Positions 53,441 through 64,000 of a stretch of DNA of 64,000 nucleotides are shown here, in pieces; position 1 is the stretch's first letter; every line of letters starts with the position of its first letter. The stretch covers positions 264,864,001 through 264,928,000 of the forward strand of contig OZ024742.1 in the NCBI GenBank assembly GCA_964016885.1. The letters run 5' to 3'. The translations under genes and the position numbers were made by a program. The notes below the pieces were generated by a model, which saw nothing but the letters and a program-made list of their open reading frames with translations, ran no database searches and was not told where the DNA came from. The stretch is from Eledone cirrhosa. Its lineage: Eukaryota.

Positions 53441-53617
53441 CCATGCTTCCAGTAAGAACAGAACTACCTCAGAAACCCACACAACTCTGCTCTGGTGCCA
53501 GACGCTCATTCTTCTGTCGAATGAAATGTGTCAATAAATCTGCAGACGTTGTCCCCAGCGCTGTCAAGGTAGAAAAAGATGTTGAAATTGAGCATTCCCA
53601 TAAAAAACGAAAATCAG
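53441..53617 (+). CDS. BMAL1: BMAL1 exon: PAS-A loop and VKVE-containing insert
   Basis: ttacag|CC ATG...TCA G|gtaaat. Encodes (T)MLPVRTELPQKPTQLCSGARRSFFCRMKCVNKSADVVPSAVKVEKDVEIEHSHKKRKS. Confidence 0.95.
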
Positions 53618-53664
53618 GTAAATTTTCAAATATTTTTACCAACTGTATCAGCTATATATCTTTC

Positions 53665-54766
53665 CCTTGATTACCCCAGTGCATTTCCTACAAACAAAGT
53701 CTTTCCTTACTGTTAGCTTACTCGTTATCCCACTACATCTTTTGTGTACTCAAGATTTAGACTGTTTACATCATATGGAGTTTATGTCTACTCCCTTTCT
53801 ACATATTAAACAGGGCCACCTTTCTGAAGCAATCAGGGTCCTATCTTCTCTCCTACTCACTAGCACTTTAGTTTTGGCTAAATTTACTCTCAGGCCTTTC
53901 GATTCAAAATTCTGTTTCCATAGTCTGAACTTATTTTCTAAGTCTTTAATGGATTTGGCTATAAGGACCAAATCATCTACATAGAGAATTTTCCATGGGC
54001 AGCCGGTCTTAAACTCCTCTGTTATAGCTTGGAGGACTATGGTGAATAGTTGTGGGCTAAGAACTGGACCTTGATGAACTACTTGAACCTGAATTCCTCT
54101 CTAAACTCACTTCCTACTCTCATTTTACTGACAGCTCTTCTGTACATAACTTGCACTGCTCTCATCAATCATTTTTCTGCACCTAATTTCCTTAAGGACC
54201 TCCAGATAATAGATTGGGGTACTCTATCAAACACTTTTTCTAGATCATCGAAAGCTAGGTATAGTGGTTCACTAAAAAGAAGGCATCTGTAGTACTCTTC
54301 CCAGGTATGAAACCAAACTGCATCTCATCTAATTTAACTCTTTCTTTAATTAGTTGCGATATAACTCTTTCCATCACTTTCAGAACTTGATCCATCAGTT
54401 TTATTCCTCTATAGATGCTCCTGTCTAGGGTGCATCACCTTTTCCCTTGTAGCAATTTACAATTGTAGTGCTGCACTAGTCATTAGGTATGACAGCATCC
54501 TGTATTAACTGATTCACTATGCAGGTTACTAGGTTGACTCCTATTTCTCTCAATGCTTTTAGTATCTCTGATGGTCCTGCAGCTTTACCATATTTCATCT
54601 ATTTGATTACTTCTTTAACCCTATAACCATCAACTTCAATGGCTGACCATTGGGTGGGTTAGGGGTAGTTTATCTTGCTTCCATTCAATCTCTACATTCA
54701 TTAGTTTCTCGTAGTTACATTTCCAGGCCTCACTCTTTTGAGAATCAGTGATGTTAAATACACTGG

Positions 54767-54770
<4 letters not shown>
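53665..54770 (-). mobile_element. Old degenerate RTE RT fragment
   Basis: ILYVDDLVL...GLRVNLAKTKVLV...WPCLIC. Confidence 0.8.
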
Positions 54771-54806
<36 letters not shown>

Positions 54807-54810
54807 CATA

Positions 54811-55433
54811 CAAAAGTTACAGAAGTTATTTCAGTGACCTCTGGCCATGATGCGCTCACTCAATGAAACAAAAAGCTTGCAGTTGTGAAACTACATTCTA
54901 AGGTTCAGAATCCATTCATTATAGTTATTTAGTGAGTACTATAGCAGTGTTTTGGTAAAGATACCTCATGTCTCCAACTCCTGTTCTATGATGTCATGAC
55001 ACATGACCCCTAAAAAAAGGGAGACTACTGTGTGAAAAAAAGCACTATATGGTGAGTAAAAGTGGAATTCCTGCCAATATACAACTCTACCAGTAATGTG
55101 CATACATACATATACATACACACATATAAGGGCTGACTTGCAATATAAAGTCAAATACTCAACATTCAATATACAAACAATACACAGAAATATATGAATG
55201 TTCTAACCTGACACAGGAAGCAACTCAGTCAAAGTTGGAAGTAAATAATATACAGTAATAATATACAGTTTATGAAAGTCACCAAAGTTATTTTAGTGAC
55301 CTCCGGCCATGACCCGCTCACTCAATGAGACAATAAGCTTGCAGTTGTGAAACTGCATCCTAAGGTTCAAAGTGCACACATTATAGTTATTCAGTGAGTA
55401 CTATGGCAGTGTTTTGGTAAGGAAACCTCATCT
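54811..55433. repeat. Two diverged ~160 bp direct repeats (54811-54972, 55275-55433)
   Basis: AGTTATTT.AGTGACCTC.GGCCATGA...GCTTGCAGTTGTGAAACT...GCAGTGTTTTGGTAA occurs twice with a period of ~463 bp. Confidence 0.85.
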
Positions 55434-56139
55434 ATACTCCTGGATGAATTCCATTTTTATGCAATATTCTGCCTTGTATATATATATAGTGAGCTTTAAT
55501 TCAGAAATTATCTCTGTTATTATGAGCTAGTTAGTAAGTTACTGATTTGAGGTGATTTATGCCTTTAAACATCAAAGTGTCTCATAAAATCCTAATATAT
55601 ATTTTACTCCCAGTAAACTAACCTGGTTAAGTTCTTTGTAGTCGAGAAAAATAATTATAATTTATTATTTTCGCGCCATTTATTCTGGCAGCTTAGAAGA
55701 TTCTACTACCGTATTATTATAACAGTTGTCCACTTCTGAGCACACATGTGCTTACTAACAAGTAGTGATATGTCTCATTCCAGAGGTTTAATTGATTTGC
55801 TTTGCTCCTTTAATGAACAAAGTTCCTGCTAATGAGATTCTGCCATTCCAAAATTGCATTATAATTAACAGTTAATCAGCAATTTTTGTAAAACTCCAAT
55901 TAACTGTTTTGATTAAAGTGAAATCAATACTCTTAAAGTTTCAATGTTAATTTTATTGATCACCCTAGTATACTTTATGTGAGTATTGTGATTTTACTAC
56001 TGAATCTAAATGAGTATATTCTAATTAAAGAATTATCCCTGTTATTATTGAGAAAGTTAGTGAGTGACCAGTTCAAGATGATGTATAATGCCCTTAAACA
56101 TTATAGTATCCTATTGATCGATAAAATCATATTATATAT

Positions 56140-56985
56140 ATCATCATCATCATCGTTTAATAACCATTTTCCACACTAGCATGGGTAGGATGAGTTGTCC
56201 TCTTGTGAGCAATCCAGGTCAAAGAATTGTGTTTCACCTGGTTTCTACAGCTGGATGCTCTTCCTTATGCTAACTACATTTACAGTGTATGCTGGGTGCT
56301 TTTTGTCATGACACCTACACAACACTTTACAGTGTGGGCTGAGTGCCTTTTGTCATGTCGCCAACACGACCACTTTACAGTGAGGGCTGGGTGATTTAAT
56401 CCTGACACCTACATGACCACTTTACAGTTTATGGTGGGTGCTTTTTGTCATGGCGCCTACACAACTACTTTACAGTGTGGGCTTGGTGCCTTTTGTTATG
56501 TTGCCAACATGACCACTTTATAGTGTAGACTGGGTGCCTTTTGTCATGACACCTACACAACGACTTTAGAGTGTGGACTGGGTGTCTTTTGCCATGTCAC
56601 CAACACAACCACTTTACAGTGTGGACTGGGCACTTTTGTCATGGCTCCAGGGAGACCACTTTACGGTGTGGGTTGGGGACTTGGTGGGTGGAGTGGGGAA
56701 GATGCCTTAGGAATTGGAGATGTAGGTATAGACGTGGGATGATTACAAGGGCAGTGTATGGGAGGAGTGAGGTAGGGAAGGTGTTGCATACTAGATATAT
56801 GACTCAGCTCATGCAGATGGAAGGGTGGATCTTTTGTAATACTGCATAGCGCCAGAGATCATGATCCTGTGTCATCACCTTAGCGAGGTGTAATTGTACA
56901 AAATCAGCTTTTATTAGTACATCCCAAGTATTCATAGGCCTGCCCATTCCATGGCTTTTGTCAAGTTTGAGTGCTCTACACAAGG
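56140..56985 (-). mobile_element. RTE 3' end with an expanded ~44 bp tandem repeat in the 3' UTR
   Basis: (CAT)n tail; ~9 units of CTGGGTGC.TTTTGTCATG.CACC.ACAC.AC.ACTTTACAGTGTGG; GRPMNTWDVLIKAD...LWRYAVLQK. Confidence 0.85.
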
Positions 56986-58163
56986 AATCAGTGATAATGT
57001 GCAAAAGATAAGATTATAGCAGAGCAAACTTGTGTTTCATATGAAGGATCACACTTGGGTGGAGAAAGGTCCAGCAATTCAAGCAGAAGCTTGAAACAAG
57101 GAGAATGTGGTAAAGTATGATAAAGTCTGATCTAAGGATGCTGAACTCCATGAAAGAACATCAAAGGACTGCAACAAATGGTGGGACATGTGATGGGTTG
57201 ATCCATTCAGCCCATGCCAGCTTTGCAAAAAAAGCATATAATGATGATAATAATCACAACAAAGAAAATGGCGATGATGCCAATAATGATGATGATGACA
57301 GTGATGAAACCTACTTAAAATGGGTAGTGGAACTCTTGAGCATCAGCAGCCATCCAATAACTGGTGGATGTTATTTGTTGGCAAACTTTTGCACTAATAC
57401 ATTGTTATCAACATTTCCAAAATGTGTGGCTGGTCCAACACAAGCCTTCACCCCTATAAACAATTCAGCTGTGTTCAACAACTCTACCAGATTTGTCTGT
57501 TTTATATCTCACTATTAAGACATAGTCCACTAGCGAGAAAACAAAAGTGATGGGGACAAGTAAAGAGTATTACAGGAAGTCCTTAGCTGGATCTTTACAC
57601 AATGTCAACTATTAGGTGATGGCCCGTTCATGCACGAAATATGAGCAATTTGTGCTGTTCATCTCCTTTGATAATGACAAAACAGGCCTTTTTAGGCATA
57701 GCACTGCTTTCCCTACATAGGGAGAGGGCAATAAAAGGAGCCCTAAATAAATGCTTGTTCAATCTTTTAACTTGACAGTCAATCGAGGCTGTCTGGTTAT
57801 CTAAATATGCAGTCAAAACAAAACAAAGCATTTAACTTTTTGTTTCTAGAATGTTAGAACACTCCAGAATAACTGTTGAAATCTGGAATGAAGACCAGCC
57901 TTCATCTGCAATGCACTCAGTAGATATAATATTGATATCTGTGCCATAGGTGAAACATGTCTCTCTGAAACATCCCAACTGGAAGAAGTAGCAGCATAAA
58001 GTCTTCTGATAAAGAAAAAGTGAAGAAGACCACTGTCAATCTGGTGTTGGTTTTATTATTGGATCTAACATTGTTAAATACCTAACATCATTCCCCAAAT
58101 GTATCAGTGATCGTTTCATGACACTTTCTCTGGATCTAACAAACAGAACCCTTGTTACACTAG

Positions 58164-58500
58164 TCATCATCATCATTTTACGTCTGCTTTTCCCTGCTTG
58201 CAAGGGTGGGACGGGAACTGATTCTGGCTTGATTTCTACAGCTGGATGCCCTTCCTAACACCAACCTCATTTACAGTGAGTGCTGGGTGCTTTTTTGTCG
58301 TGGCACCTCCACGACCACTTTACAGTGGAATGATAGGGACCTCAGTCCTATCATCTCATTTCTACAGCTGAGTAAACTGGAGCAATGTGAAATAAAGTAT
58401 CTTGCTCAAGGAAACAACACATCACCCGGTCTGAGAATTGAACTCACAACCTTTCGATTGCAAGGCCAATGCTCTAACCACTAAGCCATGTGCCTCCATG
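58164..58500 (-). mobile_element. SINE family B (tRNA head, CORE-like segment, RTE-derived tail)
   Basis: Reverse complement of 60816-61160. Confidence 0.88.
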
Positions 58501-58776
58501 GATATGTAAATCAGTAGCTGGACTGAAGTGACATTTAAGGCATAACCATAGAAATGAACTGAGAAGACTGTTGAAACCTCATACATTGAAATAGGATGGA
58601 AGACTCCATCATGATATATATATATATAAGGCATCCAACCGTAGAAAAACCTGCCAGATAGTCCTATATGAGCGAGACACGGTCACCCGACCAACCTTGC
58701 CTCAAGTGGGACAACTCCCATCTAACCCATGCTAGCGTGGAAGATGGACGTTGAACGAAGATGATGATGATGATGA

Positions 58777-58819
<43 letters not shown>

Positions 58820-59034
58820 CTAAGATAAATTTAATGTAAAAATGACTATAATTTTTATATTATAATCCTTACTGGGAAAGCCTGAATAAATGTAAAAAGA
58901 TTTTTGTTATGCTCTTTGCTCACAGAAAAATAGAGGGGTTGCCTATATTTATACTCACTTTTGACAAAAGATTGACCCTTTATTTAGTTTTAATTTTCCA
59001 ATTATATATTGTCTCTCTTTTAACACCTTTACAG

Positions 59035-59290
59035 ACAGAAAAAACTTCTGCATAATTCACTGTACGGGGTACTTGAAATCCTGGCCTCCAACGCGAATGG
59101 ATATTGGTGGTGAGGATGAAGCTGAAAATGACAACGAACTGTGTAACTTAAGCTGTTTGGTGGCCGTTGGTCGGACGTTGCCAGCATTCAGTCCATACAA
59201 TCTACCTGAAAGCGGTGCAATTCACATGCGGCCAACAGAATATGTTTCTCGACATAGTATTGATGGCAAGTTTACATACATAGACCACAG
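59035..59290 (+). CDS. BMAL1: BMAL1 exon: PAS-A end, linker and PAS-B start
   Basis: tttacag|AC AGA...CAC AG|gtaggt. Encodes DRKNFCIIHCTGYLKSWPPTRMD...CNLSCLVAVGR...EYVSRHSIDGKFTYIDHR. Confidence 0.96.
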
Positions 59291-59800
59291 GTAGGTAGTT
59301 TTTGTACACTACTGTAATATGGATGTGTCTATGTGTCTATGTGTGTATAAGTGAGCGCTATGGACAATTTACATATATTGAGTCTAAAAGTAAATATACC
59401 CAACTCTTACTTGTAACCAAAATGTGAATGTAGAGTTTGTGTTTTATTAACTTTCACTGCATATAATTTATGTGTTTTTTTTCCAGTCTTCACATGTATA
59501 TTTTGTGTTTTGTTCACCCTACACACTGTATATAATAAGGTTTTATCCACCTCCACCTTATATATATAGTTTCTGTTTTAACCCCTTCACTTTATAGTTT
59601 CTTATTTATCCACCTTCACTTTATATATACTTACTGTTATATCAACATCCATGTTATGAATAATTTCAGTTTTACAGGGTTTCCACCTTATATAGTTTTC
59701 CTTTATTTTTCCATTTGCATAGTTTATCTTTTATCAATTTTCATCTTGTGTGTAGTTGTTTTTTATGTACAAGTAGCTCACATTATTACTACTCTATTAT

Positions 59801-59990
59801 GGCGGTGGATTGGCAGTATCGGTAGAGGGTCGGACGCCATGCTTTGACGCATAGAGTTATGGCCCTTGCCATTCTGAGTTCAAATCCCGCCGAGGTTAAC
59901 TTTGCCTTTCATCCTTACGGGGTCGATAAAATAAAAGTACCAGTAATGCACTGGGTAATTGCTGGCCTTGTGCCAAAAGTAGAAACAATT
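59801..59990 (+). mobile_element. Full-length SINE family A with TSD
   Basis: A-box-like TGGCAGTATCGG and B-box GAGTTCAAATCC. ATTATTACTACT(C/T)TATTA flanks both ends. Confidence 0.92.
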
Positions 59991-60815
59991 ATTACTACTT
60001 TATTAAGTTCAGATCCCAGCTGCTCTGTTTATTTGTATCATGTGTTTTATGTCATAAGTTAATAATATTATCAATAACAACAGACTTAGTTTGTAAAGGA
60101 AAAGAACTGATATCAGATCAAGACAAATAATTATGCCTCCATTGATTTTTCTATTGCTGATACTCTCTGCTAGTTGGAACTCCTGAAAAAGTATCACTGC
60201 TTTTCCAGTAACAGGAGGTGGGATTTGAACTCAAAGTGCACAGAGACAGAACAGATATTCCAAAGCATCCCATCTGACTCGCTGACAGTTACACCAATCT
60301 ACTACTCTTGATTTATACCATTTGCTCATAATAGTGGGAGATGGGGAGAGCGGGAGAAGCTGAGTCAGTAACAGTGGGAGTTTGGTTCTTTTGTGTTCAG
60401 ACCTGGCATATATGTATATGTTTCATGGACACACACTCATGACACTTTGTTTATTGACCCTGAAACAATGTAAAGCAAATTTGACCTTGGTATGACTTGA
60501 ACCCAGAGTGCAGAGACCTAGAACAATTAATAAAATGCTGGACTGAAATACTTCTTTTTAATTTTTACTAAAAACATGAAGCACAGTTGTGGAAATTCTA
60601 TTAGAGAAATGATTTAAAACCTCACATTTCACACTATTTGTTCACCCTAACAATGCACATAACTTTGCTGTAATCAGTTTTCTCTGTTGAATAACCTGAA
60701 GACGATAAGGTTATATGCATTACCTGGAGGAGCAATGATTGAATGATTAGTAGCAAGAAAATAATTTTGAATGTAAGTGAATGACTACAGCAAAACCATA
60801 TATATATATATATAT

Positions 60816-61160
60816 CATGGAGGCACATGGCTTAGTGGTTAGAGCATTGGCCTTGCAATCGAAAGGTTGTGAGTTCAATTCTCAGACCAGGTGATGTGTT
60901 GTTTCCTTGAGCAAGACACTTTATTTCACATTGCTCCAGGTAACTCAGCTGTAGAAATGAGATGATAGGGACTGAGGTCCCTATCATTCCACTGCAAAGT
61001 GGTTGTGTAGGCGCCACGGAAAAAAAGCACCCAGCACTCACTGTAAATGAGGTTGGTGTTAGGAAGGGCATCCAGCTGTAGAAATCAAGCCAGAATCAGT
61101 TCCCATCCCACCCTTGCAAGCAGGGAAAATCGGATGTAAAATGATGATGATGATGATGAT
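60816..61160 (+). mobile_element. Full-length SINE family B
   Basis: TGGCTTAGTGG A box and GAGTTCAATTC B box; CCTTGAGCAAGACACTT CORE-like segment; 3' half matches the RTE 3' UTR; (ATG)n tail. Confidence 0.9.
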
Positions 61161-61740
61161 CATCATCATCATCGTTTAGCATCCTTTCTTCTATGCTTGC
61201 ATGGGTTACATAGGTCATCCATACTGGGAGGCTAGTCTGGCCAGGATTTACCATGTCATTGACTGCAAAAGGTTTCTCCCTATGTACAAAAGGAAGGCTG
61301 TATGATGTCTGTGTGCAGAGTGTGATGCTGCATGGTAGTGAAACATAGGCTGTGACTGCAGATGACATGCATAGACTGGATAGAAATGAAGCAACCATGC
61401 TTCAGTCGCTGTGCAATGTAAGTCTGAGAGAAAGGCAGAGCTTGGATGAGTTGAGGGAGAAGATAGATTTAAGACGAATCTGAGGTGGTGTGCAGTGGAG
61501 AAGACTGCATTGGTTTGGGCATGTGATGCACATGGACAATGAGTGATGAGTGAAAAAATGCCAGGAAATTCCAGTGGAAGGAAGACCTGGGTAGAGGTTG
61601 TGAAAGCTAACCTTAAATTGCTAAGACTGGCAGAGTAGATGACGAAGGAACATGACAAGTGGAGAGATGCCATGCTGAGAAGGACCTGTCCAACCCATGC
61701 AAGTGTGGAAAAATGGATGTAACAATGATGATGATGATAT
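61161..61740. mobile_element. Short minus-strand RTE tail (~61161-61235) and degenerate plus-strand RTE 3' fragment
   Basis: (CAT)n abutting the SINE tail; AKGFSL...VMLHGSET relic ending in (GAT)n then (TA)n. Confidence 0.75.
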
Positions 61741-64000
61741 ATATATATATTTGTATATACATATGTGTGTGTGTTAGTTAGGTTGTAACTACAGTTACAT
61801 GCAGTACGCTGTTTCAAGCACTCAATGCTGCTATGAGATCTGTCCTGTTTGGGTTGTATACCAGTTTAAATGTGTCTTTGCACATAGAAACTCACATATC
61901 TGACGAGATATATAGATGTTTATAAAGAAATAATATATAGATGTTTATAAAGATATGGGACACACAGTAAGTAAAGGTATTTAGATATGGATCATAAACA
62001 AACTGACACTGTTAAATAATATTTTTTAATTGGAATGAAATCACCCATTTGAAATGCCTCAATGATATAAAATTAGTTTTACTCTAGAACATGATTAGAA
62101 CAATAATAAGTAACTATATACATATATTTTTAAAATATATATGTGTGAAAATATTCTTAACTCCATACATATCATTTTCTTCTATACCTGCAGGGGACGT
62201 TTGACTAACGAAAAATCGTGTAAATATTTTCAAATCTAACTGAACGATCTGCTCTATATTTGTAGGAAACATTTTTTAACAACCCCTGCTCTAACCAATT
62301 CCTAGTTTTAATGTATTTTTTCCGAAAAAAGCACTGATGAGTTAAGCATTTTGCATGTTTGAAAACCTTATACAAGCTTATACTGACTTTGAACTTAACA
62401 TTTTAACTGCCTGTCTAAATGCTCCTTGGATCGTCTATTTTTCTTGATATTTGTCTTATGATATTAATTTATTGTTATTTTATTATTTATATTTCCCGAA
62501 GAGATACAGTTGGGATAAAGCACCCATAATGGAAATAATTGTGAACTGGTAATCTCCAGTTTCTCCACAAATGGATGCGATATTCTAGCGACGTTGAAAC
62601 GTTCGTAGAGATGTATAAATAAATAATAATATCCTATCCTTGGCTTTCATAAAATTTGAATTTTAAATGCTCTGCTACCTGAATTACGCTTAGTTCATCC
62701 AGTTTCTTTTCACTTCTGAAGAACAGAGTACGGTAAAGTGCATCGAGTTTATTTCATCTTACCAATGAAAATAGTGAAGTACTACACTCATATATTGTTG
62801 TATATATATATACATAAAATTATAAATGGGAAGAGCGAATAGATAGAAAGTTACCTAATTTTACTTCAATGTCCCATCTGCAGTTTTGCTGAGTGGTGTG
62901 CAGATAGTGAGCATCTATAACTGTGAGGCCAATTGCTTTTCAAGAGGCATCTCAGACTCAGAAAAATATCCTAGTACTGATTGCTGACAATGATATTTTC
63001 AAAAGGGAAAAATATCACGTGGTTGATACTTATGTATATATACATACACACATATGTGCGTGTGTATGTGAGCATATTTGTATATATGCATATGTATATG
63101 TATATATTATGGTGAACTCAAGCTGGGCAAAAGGTTAAATAGTAAGCCAAGGAGGAGATACAGAGACTCTCTAAAAACGAACTTAAAATGGTTTTAAAAT
63201 CTTGAATCATGTGCAGCAGATAGAGTGGTTTGGAGATATGCCATTTGGGATGGAGGTAAAGCATTAGAAATGGAGAGGGTAAAACATGCAGAACTGAAAC
63301 AATAAGTGCGGAAGATTGAGACCAACAGTAATAATTATGAATCTTATCCAGCGTTGGTTTTCAAATGACCTGTGTGCCCTAAGGTGTGCCTTTTGAATGT
63401 TGGCTTGAAGTCACACCAAGGAGCACATGATGGTGAAGTCTAAGTTGACTATTCAAACGTTGCTGCAGAGAATCAGTTCTAGTGCCATGTTTATCAGAAA
63501 ATTTGCTAATCAGGTGGTGGATTGAAGCAACATCTGAAGATACACAATAAGCAAACCCAAAGTAGAAACATGAAAGAAATGAGACATCATTGTATTATTT
63601 GTGAATGGGTCTTTCACAGGCTTTCTGGACTCAACAACCATTTGAGATCTCATGCCAGGAAAGAACAGATATAAGGTTCTAGAAGAGGTCAAGCTTTGTA
63701 TGGAGAAGATGACCTTCATATGTGTGTGTGTGTAGTATTTCATTAATCTTTTCATGTATTTGTTTGTTTACACTTTTTCATATTTCCAGTTAAGAGGAGA
63801 AACTTGTGTGATTTGTCCACAGGGGATATTTTCAGAGAGGATTTAAATATTAGATATATTGTATATGACACCCCCTCCTCACACACGCGCATTAACACAC
63901 ACATATACATGCACACACAAATTCTTATATACCCATATATATATATATTCAGGAATAATTGTTTAAGTATTTTGAGTATAGAAATATGAGCTTAAACTTA

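Noticed and set aside
53566-53574. Alternative donor AAG|GTAGAA, and tandem acceptors CAGTCAG (42364) and CAGACAG (59032)
   Set aside because: Each alone would shift the reading frame; no transcript evidence available.
60816-60890. tRNA gene
   Set aside because: Only A/B boxes of a SINE head continuing into the SINE body; no full cloverleaf.
59291-64000. Next BMAL1 PAS-B exon (expected to resemble LPQELLG)
   Set aside because: No matching exon found by eye; it probably lies beyond the window. No upstream exon was identifiable in 1-10855 either.

Overview
Eukaryotic, AT-rich, repeat-dense animal DNA. The SINE/LINE set and the abundant (TA)n, (CA)n and (GAT)n microsatellites suggest a coleoid cephalopod, probably an octopod; this is inference. 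The only host gene is a + strand bHLH-PAS circadian factor of the BMAL1/ARNTL/CYCLE family. Six internal GT-AG exons (882 bp, phases mutually compatible, 10856-59290) encode the bHLH, PAS-A, the linker and the start of PAS-B. The first and last exons were not found in the window. The introns hold nested mobile elements: RTE-clade LINEs with a C4HC3 PHD-like finger inside the RT region and (GAT)n tails, two Tx1/L1-like LINEs in (GATA)n repeats, CRE-like and CR1-like relics, two tRNA-derived SINE families, a DD37D Tc1/mariner, a non-autonomous Helitron, and Penelope-like (GIY-YIG) relics. Most notable: several type-I hammerhead ribozyme motifs, four sharing a U·U at the base of stem II; a two-tailed RTE insertion; a ~380 bp palindrome; and inverted SINE/LINE pairs bracketing clock-gene exons (candidate ADAR or circRNA substrates). 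Most ORFs in the supplied track are microsatellite or antisense artefacts.
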